Assembly (NCBI GenBank): GCA_965644315.1
Contig: CBFFRQ010000013.1
Span: forward strand, 124,001 to 188,000
Reading direction: 5' to 3'
Length of the DNA: 64,000 nt
Source: Caecitellus pseudoparvulus
Taxonomy: Eukaryota; Protista; Bigyra: Bicosoecida
Below the pieces are notes generated by a model. It ran no database searches, was not told the origin of the DNA, and was given only the letters and a program-made list of their open reading frames with translations. The translations under genes and the position numbers were made by a program. How positions within the stretch are numbered: the first letter of the stretch is position 1; every line of letters starts with the position of its first letter. Positions 18,937-31,200 of this stretch are shown piece after piece.

Positions 18937-19653
18937 ATGGTGAGTGTTGCGATTTTTGTGGCTGCAGCGGCAGCCTTTGGGTGTAGCGGCGTTTTCCATG
19001 CTTCGCGTGTGGGGCCTGAAGGGGATGCCAGACTGCATTGAGGTGAACAGCACTCCTTGCTGGATGTGTTTACATGTTGTTTAGCTGGTTTCCTGCGCAC
19101 GGCACGCACCCGCGTCGTGAACTGGGGCGGCTGCCAGGAGGGTGGTGCGGAACTTGATCGGGCACGCAGGACAGTCCACCTCGCCCAGCCCACCTGTCCG
19201 GCAGTGGCGTGTGCTCCTGCGAGCATGGATGCAGTGGCAGTTGTGCCTTGCTCTCCCTTCCCTTGGTGGCATCGGCACACGGCCGTGTCTTGCTGCTGCG
19301 TGTGCTGCTCGGTGCCTGGTGCAGCCATCTTTCGCCCCTGCAGCTGCTCACTGCGCCCCGGCCCCCTCTTGCAGGCTCGACGCACACAGAAGGTTGGGAT
19401 TTGCGGCAAGTACGGCACCCGCTATGGTGCCACGCTCCGTAAGCTGCTGCGCAAGGTTGAGGTCCAGCAGCACAGCAAGTACACCTGCGTCTTCTGCGGC
19501 AAGGACTCCGTGAAGCGTGTCGTGACCGGCATCTGGAAGTGCGGCTCCTGCAACAAGGTCCAGTCTGGCGGCGCCTTTGTGCTGGCCACCCCTGCAGCCA
19601 CCTCTGTGCGCACCAACATCTCTCGCCTTCGTAAGGCCCGCGCTGAGAACTAA
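18937..19653 (+). CDS. RPL37A: 60S ribosomal protein eL43 (L37a); ATG-only first coding exon, intron 18940-19374
   Basis: ATG|GTGAGT...GCAG|GCT; [24 protein letters not shown]2-C2 zinc finger, GIWKC. Confidence 0.96.
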
Positions 19654-19913
19654 GGCGGTTGTACTCACTGCACTGGCAGTACCGCCGGAACCAGGGGCCT
19701 AGCACAAGGCCCTCAGAGATGGGGGGTGCCAATGCATTCCAGCACTTTCCTAGCACCGTGCCACTACCCACACTGCCTTGTGAGCGCCCCACACCAACGC
19801 AGCAGTTGTTGCCACACCCACCAGTGCCTGCACCCGCCATCGCTTGGCGTGCGTTCGCGGCCGTGCCCACAGCATCGGATCTCTGCTGCTGACCGCCCAC
19901 AGCCTTTTGCACC

Positions 19914-20867
19914 ATGCCCAAGTCCAAGCGCTCGCGAGTCGGTGCGTCCAGTGCCTGCCAGCGCCTCCCAGCGCCGTGTTCTTGGGGAGGCCGCTGAGCA
20001 CTGCGTGTCAATTTCCGCATCACAGTCGCCTTGACGAAGAAGGTCTCCACGAACCCCCGGGAGCGGAAGGAGAAGCTGATGGATGACGTACAACAAGCAG
20101 TTGATGAGTACGAGAACCTGTTTGTGTTTGAGTTCAACAACATGCGCTCCAACTTCTTCAAAGAACTGCGGGCAGAGTGGTCAGATTCACGGTGAGTTCC
20201 ACTTTGGCATGCAAGGATGCACGGCCCTCCCCCCACGGCGTGCGGCACTGCTTGCCTACCCAGCTTCTTCCTGGGCAAGAACCGAGTCATGCAGTTGGCA
20301 CTAGGCCTGGACTCCGAGACAGAGTTCCGACCTGGGCTGTGCGAGGCTGCGCAGGATGTCACAGGGCACCGAGGCCTGCTCTTCACGAACCGTTCGCAAG
20401 ATGAAGTGGTGGCGTACTTTGCTGAGTATGGCAAGCTGGATTACGCCCGTGCAGGCGCGACTGCCACGGCCACTGTCAGCATGTCGGCCGGCCCCATCGA
20501 GGGTATGACGCACACGATGACGCCCACTCTCACGAAGCTCGGCATGCCCGTCAAGCTCATGCGCGGCGTCATCGTGAACACGGCAGACTTTGACATCTGC
20601 CGAAAGGGCGACACCCTCACCCCTGAGGCCGCACGCCTGCTTGTACGTTGCCTCCCGCTCGCTGATGCTTGGCTTCGCTGCACAACACCCTGCTCTTTCG
20701 CTTGCCCACAGAAGCTGTTTGAGAAGCCCCTGGTTACGTTCCGTCTGACTCTCATCTCTTGCTGGTCGGCAGCAGATAACCAGTACAGATCCTTGGCCAC
20801 TGCAGGCGTGGCAGCAGGTGCTGCTGCCTCAGGAGGACCCGTCGAGCTGGACCTCAAGTTTGACTGA
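19914..20867 (+). CDS. MRTO4: Ribosome assembly factor MRT4; introns 19942-20025, 20192-20263, 20643-20711
   Basis: MPKSKR..V.LTK; NMRSNFFKELR; FFLGKNRVMQLALG; GLLFTN; DYARAG; LTPEAARLLKLF. Confidence 0.93.
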
Positions 20868-21045
20868 CGTGTGTGGCAGGCGAAAGCCCAGTGGCCGCCC
20901 TTTCACCAACCAGGGTGACTCTGGCCCAGTGGGTGTCAGCACCTGGTGGCCTGGGCAGCTTTGGCTGCAGGCGCTGTTGAGTGCGCAGCATTGCAGCATT
21001 GGCACGCAGTCACGAACACATTTTTGGAGAGTGTGGCACAGCGAG

Positions 21046-22566
21046 TCAACGCAGACTGCTGACCTGCGAGCCGCTGAATGCACTTCCTCGACGCCCAGCA
21101 CCCCCAGCCCCTGTAGCAGCTGGAGATGAGACCATCTGCGGTGCAGGGCCATCGTCCGAATCCGAGTCGTCTGTGCTGGCGCTGTCGCTTCCCCAAGCCG
21201 AGCCTGAGTCGGATGCCGCCTCGTCCACTGCCTGCTGCACCCTCATTGCGGCACGCTCATCAATGGTCATGGCCTTGCTTGGCTTGGGCTTTGAAGCGAC
21301 GACACTATCGTGAATGGCCTCTAGCATGCCCAGTTGGCGGTCTGTGAGCTCTACCACGTAGTCGTAGTTCCACGTGTGGTCCAAGAGCATGTCCGGGTCT
21401 GTTTCCTGGATGCAGAACAGGATGTCCATGATGAAGCGCTTCTCCCTGGAGGATTGAAAGAGGAAATCGTCCAGCTGTGCCAAGACGTAGTCCTTTGCTT
21501 CTTGAAGGTCTAAATCAGCAAGCAAGGACAGGACTGCGTTCAGGTGCACGGCAGGGCTTCGCGCCTTGAGCAGATTGTCATCCAAGCACAGCCTGGCGGC
21601 ACGCTTGTACCGATTGGATGCGGTGAGATACCTGCACGGGAAGCGCCAGCGTGCTGTGCGAGCGCCTGCGCTTGGCGTGCATCATGGACAAGCCAGAGCG
21701 TACTCCTCAGCATCCACGAGCAGGTCTGCTGCACGTTCCAGGTACACGACAGTCTGCGTGAAGCAACCGGCCTTCTTGTAGTACTCTGAAGCAAACTGAT
21801 AGGCCATGGCAGCTTCGTTAAGCGCGGCGTCCCCCTCCAAAATGCTCGCACACTCCAGCTCCATCTGTGGCAGTTGGCGTCGTCAGCTTGTGGTGACCAG
21901 CGCATGGCAGTGCTGTGCAGCTGTGCCGCTCACCACTGCTGCCTGCACCATCCTCCCTACAGTAGAGTAGCGTTCCACAGCATGTCGGTAGCACTTCAAC
22001 GCTTCGCCAGGGTCGACCTTGGACATTGCTTTGCCAGCTCGCGAGTAAAACGTGGCAGAGATGAGAGTGTTGCCCAACAAGTTCTGCGGAGGGGTGGGAC
22101 AATCGCTGGGTGCTCCAGTGCCAGTGTCAGCCACTGCAAGGTACCCAGACGCACCTCGCACTCTCCACATCTAATGTACGCATCGCCAGCTTGGCGCCCT
22201 GTGCCTCAGCGGAGACCAGAGGTGCGAGGGGGTTGTGCTTGTCACCGTGCGCTCCACCTACATCGGCCACTGCAAATGAACAACTCGGCGGCACGCTCAA
22301 AGTACGCGCATGCATCTGTAAATTTCAAGTCTCCCAAGAAGCTCCTGGGCTCTGCTAGCGTGTCCACGGCCTGCGGGGGTGTGTAGTGCTTCTGCAGTGA
22401 CCCCGCCGTGCCAGCACGAAACGCCCATGCTACGCACCCGCTTCTGGAACTTGACAGCTGCTAGTGCAAGCTCTGTCTTCGCATCCCTCTTGGATTCGGG
22501 CTCCTTCCGGGCTTCCTCAGCCTTTCGCTTCTGCAGCTCGTCGAAAGGGTTGGGCGCAGCCGCCAT
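21046..22566 (-). CDS. Divergent soluble NSF attachment protein (alpha-SNAP-like), multi-exon (first intron 22437-22371)
   Basis: DACAYFERAAELF; SKVDPGEALKCY..AVE.Y...GR; YQFASEYY; DDNLLK; FQSSREKRF; YDYVVEL. Internal exon borders are approximate. Confidence 0.75.
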
Positions 22567-23119
22567 GTCTGTGAGCGAGCAGCCTGGCCTCTTTCCTGCC
22601 CTCGCAGCACAGCATCGCCAGTGCTGCAGGAGAGAGCAGAGTCTCGCGACAGTTGCAGTCTGGGAAAGTGGCGGGACGCGTGGTTGATGTGTTGTTTCGA
22701 GTTCAATTCCAAGAGTCGAACAGAAGCACCCCCCTTGTTCACTTCCCTCCCAAGCTCTCTGCATGCGTGCCCGGCCCCCTGCCCCAAAACCACAAACATC
22801 CCATAACCACATCGCGTGGGCCACACCCAGGAAGCAGTTCTTTGCCGTCCGGTACGCTGGTCAGGCTCTGGAGGTGCCATCAGCGCCAGCGAACTGCCCC
22901 ACAGTCGGCGTTGGCAGTGTTGGATGCAAAGGACAGCTCCCCATCGCCGGGTGAGCACCTCCTGTTCACTGGACACGAATAGCGGTACGGCGGTGCCCTG
23001 CTGAGGCAGTAATTGCCCAGTTTTTCTGGCTGGAGAGGGAGGCCTTGCAGCTGCGGCTTTTGGGTGCACCTCAAGCCGCCTGGGCCAAGCAGCGCAGCGC
23101 CCTGCATCCGGGAGCAGCC

Positions 23120-25656
23120 ATGGCCGATGACGATGCCAAGGAGCCTGTGCGCATTGGGGGGGATTGGTGCGTCGGCGACTCTGCGCTGGGTGTGCTACAG
23201 CCCCCTTCGTGAGCTGGCCCTTGACGACGTTGCGCAGGTTCGAGATGCACGACCCAAGCTCTGGCGCAGTTTACTACGCAAACACCGAGAGTACGTGGCA
23301 AGCAGCAGGCTGCACAAGCATGCCAAGGGCACGTACTTGAGCCTTTTTCCTTCGCAGCTGGAGAATCTCAGTGGACTTTCCCAGATGCATTGTGCGTCTG
23401 CGTTGCGGTGTCGCTGTGCGAGGTGCCGCAGTTCGGTGCATACACCAGCCTTCCCTGCCTTTTTGCCGCAGAATGAAAGGCGACTGGGTGCAAGTGTACG
23501 ATGCAAATCATGACCGAGACTACTGGAACAACTCTCGCACTGGGGAGAGCCGCTGGACTGAACCCGAGGACGTGGATGTGCCTGGCGCCTCCGAGCCCAC
23601 TGGCTCCAGCGCCGCGGGTAGCAGCGAGGGCAGCAAGGGCAAGTCCCCCGACAAAGCGGGAACAAAACAGGGAGCAAGTAAGGATGGTGGCGAGGATGAG
23701 CGGGGCCGCGCAGCGAGCACTATGATGCTGGATAACCCCATGACGAAGGCCCGGGCCGCTCGGGTTGCGCGCGAGGCAGCCGCCGACTCCACCGACAGCA
23801 AGGCTGGTGGGACCCGACCCCCCACCCAGCCACCAGCCGAGGAAGGTGGGCCCAAAAAGAAGACAGCGCCCTCGAAGACTAAGACCTCCAAGCCCCTCAC
23901 GGTGTCGGTGGCGTCTCCCCTCAAGTCCGGCTTGGGTGGCTCGGGCAGGAGCGGGGGCTCACCCTCGCGCTCTCCCAGCCCTGGCAGGCGGGCCAGCGCC
24001 ATGTCAGGTGCCTCTGGCGCCCTGCGCAAGGCAGACAGCTTCGGCAGTGGGAACGGGGGCGCTTCCAAGGGTGGCCTGTCCCGTGGCGCCACAGCAAGCA
24101 AGATGCCGTCAGCCACGCCAAAGTTGACGGGGGCTGCAGCCCGCAGGGCCAAGCGCAACGCCAAGCCCAGCTACACCAGGCGCCGAAGGAAGCGGGACAA
24201 GTGGAGGGCCCAGCGCTGTGCCAGCCTGCAGCAGTCTCTGTACACGCTCACGATCTTTGGTATGGCATTCACGTCGTACCAGGAGGCTGCCCGAATCGTG
24301 CTTTTGCTGGGCATTTTCCTGGGGGTGGGGGAGGCCATGATGGAGACCTACGACGACAGGCCCTCCGTTGTCCTCCTCACGCTGGCAGAGTCGGTGTACG
24401 TCTTCCTCTTCATGCTGGAGTATGCCGCCCGACTGTGGAGCTGCCACCCGCTCGCGTTCGAGGAGTTCGACGGCACGCCGGACCAGCAGAAAGCCCAGGC
24501 GTCTGCCACATTCAAGAAGCGCTCCTTCTACTGGCTCTTGTACCACATTGTGTGGCCATTCCACTTGACTGGCATGCTGTGCAATCCGGAGGCAGCGGGG
24601 GAGGCGCAGTACCGCTGGCAGGCCTGTTGCGGCCAGCGCCGGCGAGCCTTCATGGCTTGGCGGGAGAAAGGCCACTGCGATGAGTGGGACGAGCCGCTGC
24701 CCTTCGTGGCTGGCTGCATTCCGTGGCACGAGGAGGTGGCTGGCGCTGGCGCCTTCTGGCAGCGCGTGCACTTTGCCCTGCGCCCCAGCTCCCTCTTCGA
24801 CCTGATGCAGATCCTGCCTCTGCTGCTGCAAGGTATTGTCCCCGACGAGGTCAAGCTGTTCGCGACGACTCGTGAGACGACGTACATCGGCGCCATCTTC
24901 CGCATGCTGCGCGTGATGCGTGTGCTGAAGTTTATCCGGTACATCCCCACCATGGCCAAGCTCATCGCCGGCATCCGCACTGTGCGCAATGACCTCTTCA
25001 CATCCCTCACCGCGGCTGTCATCGTGGCCATCTTGCTGGCGGCGGGGGCGCACATCGCCGAGCAGCACGAGAACGCCGAGTTCTCCTCCCTGCCCAAGGC
25101 GCTGTGGGGCATGGTCATCACCCTGACCACAGTGGGCTATGGCGACCTCTTCCCCACCTCCAAGGAAGGCAAGATGATCTCGGGCCTCGCCTCCATCGCA
25201 GGCATCGGCCTGTTCACCATCCCCTCCGCCACCGTCGCGCGGGGCTTCCAGACGCATGCCGCAGAGCTCAAGGCACGGCGAGAGAAGGCTGTCGCCAAGC
25301 TCCTGCGGCTGTACCGAGGCAAGAAGATGCGCCTGAGCTGGAAGAAGTGGGTGAAGCAGGCGGAGCTGGCAGCCATGGCGGACCGCATGGCGGACCCCAA
25401 CTCCCGCAAGGCTCAGCTGTACTACCGGCGCAACCTGGCCCGGGAGCTGCTGCGCCTCTGCGCCTTGGAGCTGGGGACGTGTCTCGAGACAGTCAGCAAA
25501 GCAGTGTCAGAGCGGCAGCGCTTCGACGGCATGATGCGGCTGGGCATGGAGGTGGGCGGCGGCGTGGATGGGGTGGGCGGGGGCCCGCCCAGCCCTCGCA
25601 GAGGCACCATGTCCCCCAGGCGCATGAGCAGCATGGCTTCTTCAGGCAGATTGTGA
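23120..25656 (+). CDS. Voltage-gated K+ channel (6TM) with two N-terminal WW domains; introns 23167-23237, 23291-23357, 23392-23471
   Basis: Filter TLTTVGYGD; S4 FRMLRVMRVLKFIRY; S2 FMLEYAARLW; spliced GDWFEMHDPSSGAVYYANTETGESQWTFP and GDWVQVYDANHDRDYWNNSRTGESRWTEP. Confidence 0.9.
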
Positions 25657-25899
25657 CGCAGCCCCCTCCCCCTCCGTTCAAGGGGATGTGTGCGTTTGTA
25701 CTTTTGAATGTATGTCTATTTCCCGCCAGCACTCCTTCGTGCTGCGCTTGAGCCATTCCTCGCCTCGCAGTAATTTGCGCCACGCAACTATCCAAGTGTA
25801 ACGCGAACGGCTGCAGCTCAAGCGAGTATTCCCCAGTGCTCACCTCCGTGCGACATTGCACAGCCTGCTCGGCACTGCGAGAGGCCGTTTCTCACTGCC

Positions 25900-28255
25900 A
25901 TGGCTGCCGCAGCCGACGGGTTGGAGGCCGCCACCTGGGGCGGCGGTGAGGTGCCCCTGTCCAACTTCCACTCAGCCAAGGCGAAGATGGACGAGCTCTT
26001 CTTCAAGTGGCTGTCCATGGGGGAGACGCGCAGCCTCTTCGAGGGGCTCGTGCGGGACGTGCAGGCTGGCAAGCCCATTCACATCCCTACCTCCTCTCTC
26101 TCCAGCTCGGCCCGCCCAGGCGGCATCCTGCAGTCCCCTCGCCGAACACAAGCAACGCCACCCCTCTCCCCGTCTGCTAAGAAAGCGCCCACTCCAGACG
26201 GCTCCGCGTCGCCCAAGCACTTTACCTTCGGTGGGTACACGCCTGCCTGCTGGCGTTGGGCCGCGCACGGAATTTCCGCTGCAGGCCCAACGCTCGCGTT
26301 GGCCTGCCTCCACAGCACCCACACAACCCCTGACGCTGCCCCATGCGCGTAGATGACGGAGGTCCAGTTGCACAATCTCCGAAACAACAAGGCACAGCCG
26401 AGGCGCGGCCGACTCCGCTTGCAGAGGCAACAGGAGTCGTCCCTGCCGACGCTGGCGCAGGGGCCTCCGCGGCCGTCTCCCCTGTGCGCCAGCGCCGTCC
26501 GGCTGGCGGCGCGGCACCGAGTGAGCGCACCCCCCCGGCAGCCACCTCGGATCCGTACGGCGGCAAGGTGTCGGAGAGGTCTGGCTCGCCTGCGCAGCGC
26601 CCCAGCGCAGCGGGCGCGCTCCCCCCTGCCTCGCAAACGCCAGTGGGCTTCGCAGCGCGCAGCCTGGCTCCTTTCTACGTCCCAGGGGAGGGCGGTCGGG
26701 GGCGTGGCAAGCCGCTGCCTGAACAAGGGCTGCCTGGCAAGCTCGTGAGTGCCGTGGTGCCCGTGTCCGAGGCCGCCGCACACCCCACACGGCTCCCGCT
26801 CGCTGCCCCGTACAGGACGACATTCTCAAGGTGTGGCGCGCCGGGGCAGGGAAGGAGTTCCCACCCATTCCCCCAGGCGAGGCCCCCGTGACCATCGCAG
26901 GGGTGTCCATCTTGCCCACCGAGGCACGCGTGGGGTTGCCCGTGGAGCAGTTCGCCGCCGTGGCCAAGACGCTGTGTGGCTTCCCCTCCTTCTTCGCTGC
27001 GCCTCTGTTCCGCCGCATCCGGCACGCCTTTGGCAAGGCACGCTTCTTGGACTCAGACATGCCCCGGGCGGGCGCCCCCGCCGCACCAGCCTCATACCCC
27101 CTCAAGCCTGGCCGTGCGGAGCTGCCGACGAAGGCCACGGCAGACGAGACGGCGCCCGTGGAGGGGGAGGGTGCCGACCGGGATACAACGGGTACAGTGA
27201 GTTTGTACCAGTTCCTGCGGTACTGGCGCGCAGAGATGGAGCCGTACGACCACTTTGACAGGTTCCTGCGCCTGGTGTCCCAACGGGGCCCCGCGCAGCT
27301 GCCCACCGGGCGCAAGTTGAAGGTTCGCGCGCTGGTGCCTGGCGACTTCATGCCGCTTCTAGAGGAGCTGCTGGCCTTCCACCCTGGCCTGGCGTTCTTG
27401 GAGACGACGCCAGAGTTCCAGGAGAAGTACGCACGCACAGTCATCGCCCGCATGTTCTACAGCCTGGACCCGACTGCGCGGCAGTGCATCACGGGGCGGG
27501 CCCTGCGGCAGGGCAGCCTGCTGCGTGCCTTCCACGTCGTGGACATGGAGGAGGACATCAACTTGGTGAACGACTTTTTCTCGTACGAACACTTCTACGT
27601 CCTGTACTGCAAGTTCTGGGAGCTGGACGGAGACCACGACTTCCTGCTGAGCCGTGAGGACTTGGCAAAGCTGACTGACTTGACAGACATTGTGCTGGAC
27701 CGGGTGTTCGAGGAGGCAGGGCGCCCCTTCACCTCTGGCACGCCTGGGCGCATGGGGTACGAGGACTTCATCTGCTTCCTCATGTCGGAGGAGGACAAGA
27801 CCAGCCCTGAGGCGCTGCGGTACTGGTTCAACGTCGTGGACCTGAACCACGACGGCGTCCTGACGCCCGATGAAATGCGCGCATTCTACACCCAGCAGCA
27901 CGCCCGCATGGTGGAGCTGGGCATGGAGGCGGTGGGGTTCCAAGACCTCATGACGCAGATGTCCGACCTGCTGCACGCACGGAAGCCGGGGCACTTCACG
28001 CTGTCAGATTTCCTGCACCCGTCCAGGGTCAAGCTGACGGGGGTGCTCTTCTCCAGCCTCTTCAACATCAGCAAGTTCCAGGCGTTTGAAGCCCGCGACG
28101 CAGTGCTGGTGAAGCAGCAGTTGAACAGCGAGGGCATCTCCCAGTGGGACCGTTACGCGTCTGTGGAGTACATGCGCCTGGCAGAGGAGGAGGAGGGCGG
28201 CATCGACGACAACATGAACTTTGACGTGGAGGGCGGCGGCCAGCGGTGGGGGTAG
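25900..28255 (+). CDS. PPP2R3: PP2A regulatory subunit B'' (PR72/PPP2R3 family, EF-hand); introns 26231-26352 and 26745-26815
   Basis: KMDELFFKWLS; HPGLAFL..TPEFQEKY; FFSYEHFYVLYCKFWELD.DHD; SEEDKTS...YWF; DLNHDGVL; WDRYA..EY.RL. Confidence 0.93.
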
Positions 28256-28267
28256 GTGATTGACAAT

Positions 28268-31200
28268 TCATTCTTGCTCCACACGCGGCTGGCGCGCGTT
28301 CCCCGGTTCCAGGACGCCCTGCGGAGACAGCCAGAACGTCGCTGGGCTGGGGCCCTCACCAAACAGGGCAGCGGGTGCACCCTCTCGTTGCTGCAGGCCG
28401 TAGGTACGCTGGAAGTACAGCGACGCCGCCGCGGGGGACACCTGCACCCGCCCCGTCGCACCCGACGCCTCCATGTGCTCTGCCTCCAGCACTGTGCGGC
28501 CAAAGACATAGAAGCGAGGGCGCAGGGTGCCGATGATGCCAGTGGCCACTGGCCCGGCGTGGATGCCCACGCGCACCCCCAGGCCACAGCCGCCGCCTGC
28601 CTTCTCCACAATGTCCTGCATGGCCAGCGCCAGTGCAAACTGCTTCTCCACCAGGGCAGGCCCTTGCCCCGCTGCCTCGCCAAACCCCACGCAGACGTAT
28701 GCGTCCCCGATGGTGTCCAGCTTCCACAGGCCGCTGGCTTCCACCAGCGCGTCGCACTGGGCGAATATGGTGTGCAGCAGGCGCAGGACGGCCATGGAGT
28801 CCATGCTGGCGCTGAGGGCGGTGAAGCCGACGAGGTCCGCCCACAGGATCACCGCGTCGAAGGGCAGCATGCGGAAGGGAATGCTTTCGTTCCGGTTCAG
28901 GGCGTCGTTGACGCTGGCGGGCAGCAACTGGCCCATGACGGAGTCAGCCTGCCGCTTGGCGCGGTGGCTGGCCATGACCAGCAGCATCGCCCGGCGCGCA
29001 TTGAGTTCAGTGTAGAACGTGTTGTACAGGGCCAGGGCAGCCAAGCCCAGCAGCTGCAGCAGCACCAGCAGGATGCTCGCAGGGGCGGCGGCCCCCAAGA
29101 CGCCTGTGGCGGCGGTGATGATGAGGAACTCCAGCAGCACGCCCGCTGCGGCAGTCACCTGCACGCCTGTGCGCAGGCGAAAGATGTGACTCAGCACCAT
29201 CAACATGCACGGCAGCAGGCCCGCGTGGAACAACAAGGCATCTGGCGAGGCAGTGGGGTAGTGCACGCGGACGGCCAGGGCATCAGCAAGCAGGAGCACA
29301 GCACACGCCAAGAACAGCAGCACCAACGAGCGCGCCGAGAGGGATGAGTCCAGCCACAGCGCCTGCCGATGCAATGCCGCGCAGTTACGAGAGCAGCAGT
29401 GCGCACAGGACAGCCGCAGGCTCGTGCAGGCGGGGTGTGGAATGAGGATGTCCGTGTCCATGAGGCGCAAGTGTCTGCCGGCGGCCGTCACTTGCCCAGT
29501 GGACAGCAGCGCATCCTGCTCGCCGCCGCCCTGCCCCTCGGACGGCGACGCGGGAGGGGGCAGCAAGTCCCCCCCGCTGCCCCCTCTGGCCAGCGGGGCG
29601 GAGGCCCTCTCCTCCTCTTCCGCGGCTTGCAGCCATGATCCTGCAGACGACGGCGGGGCATTAAACACAGCGGATGAGCTTGCCCTGCGCAACATGGGCG
29701 ATGCGGGTGGCACAGCCACGGGTGTGCTGGATGGTGTCTGGGTGACTGTCTGCCCAGACCCCCCCTGCAGCATGTGGGGAGGTGGCCGGGCACCTGCACC
29801 CCCCTCGCGCGACGGCGACAGCACGCCGAAGCGGGCGATGGTGCTGAGCACAAATGCGACCATTCCAGCAGCTGCCAGGGCTAGCACCGCTACAGCCAGC
29901 ATGCCACCAGTTGTGAAGTCGGCACCTGAGGCCCTGCGCAGCGCGCTGTTCACGTCCGCGACAGCTGGCACCGCCAGCAGCAGCCACAGCATGGTGGTGA
30001 GGATGAGGGGGGCCAGGATGCCGGCCCAGGCCTTGATGCGCTCCTGGTGCTCGCCAGCTCGCAGGGACCGCTCCATGTGTGGCGAGTCGAACGCCATGTC
30101 GAACACACGCAGCACTGTGATGTGGGACAGGCCACAACACACACACGATCGCGCCTTAGAGTCCCACCCACAGCCACACGGCGCCAGAGACGCTGCTCGG
30201 CAGCCTCTGCGACAGCGTCGACTGCAAGTGGCACTTTGGGCCTGCCCGCGCTTCAAGCGGCGGCGACTGCGGCGGCGGCCGCTGCGTGAGGCTGCGCAGG
30301 ATGCACGTGACGCCGCACCTGCCCTGCTCATGCCACTTGCAGGCCGGGGCCGGGCCGGCGCATCTGGAGAGGGCAGGCCAAGAAGCGCGTCCATGTCCAG
30401 TTCGCCGCGAGGTGTGGACGGCGGCACGTGCTTTGAGTCCTCGCTCGCCGTGGTTTGGCGGGGGGAGTCGCCAGCCGCACCCTCCTGGCTCCCGCGGCGG
30501 GCGACGCTGCCCGGTTCTCCATCCCTGGCGCCTGCCTCGGCTGCCTGTTCTTCTTGCTTGCGCACAGCCAGAGCTGCCTGCAGCAGTGCCGGCGTCTTGG
30601 ACTTGCGCGGGGATGCTGGGCCAAAGGACTGGCTGCGCTGGCCAGTGCCTGAGGCTCGGCGTCGCAGGGCAGCCTCGCTGCCCCGCCGAGATTTAGTGGC
30701 AGAGGCAGCTCGGAAGAGGGGCTGCATGGAGTGCCGGCTGCGGCGCCGACCAGCTAGCCCGCGTCGGCTGGTGGCCAGGGCAGCCAGGGCAGGCTTGCGC
30801 AAGGAGGCGCGGCGCGTGTGCCGGTGCCGTGCACGCCCTGCCAGGACGGTGTCCACCAGAGCATCCATGGTGGGCGTGGCCTGGGCCGTCGCCTCCAGAG
30901 AGTCATCTGAGGATGATGAGGATGTGTCTGAGTCTTCGCCTGAGTCCTCACCAGAGTCCTCCTCCTCACTGCCGCTGCTTGCAAAGGGGCCTGGTGAGTC
31001 ACTGCCCTCGCTTTGGTGGGGAGACGTACGCTCCCCCCCCTCACTCTGCATCGGTGAGGGGGGCTCATCCTTCACCACCACGGGGCTCCCACCGTGCTGC
31101 CGCGGGACAACCTGCACCACCTCTTCCTCTTCCTCATCCTCGTCAGAGGGAGCAGCAGGCACCTCTACGAAGCGCACCTCGCCTTCTTCTTCACCACCGC

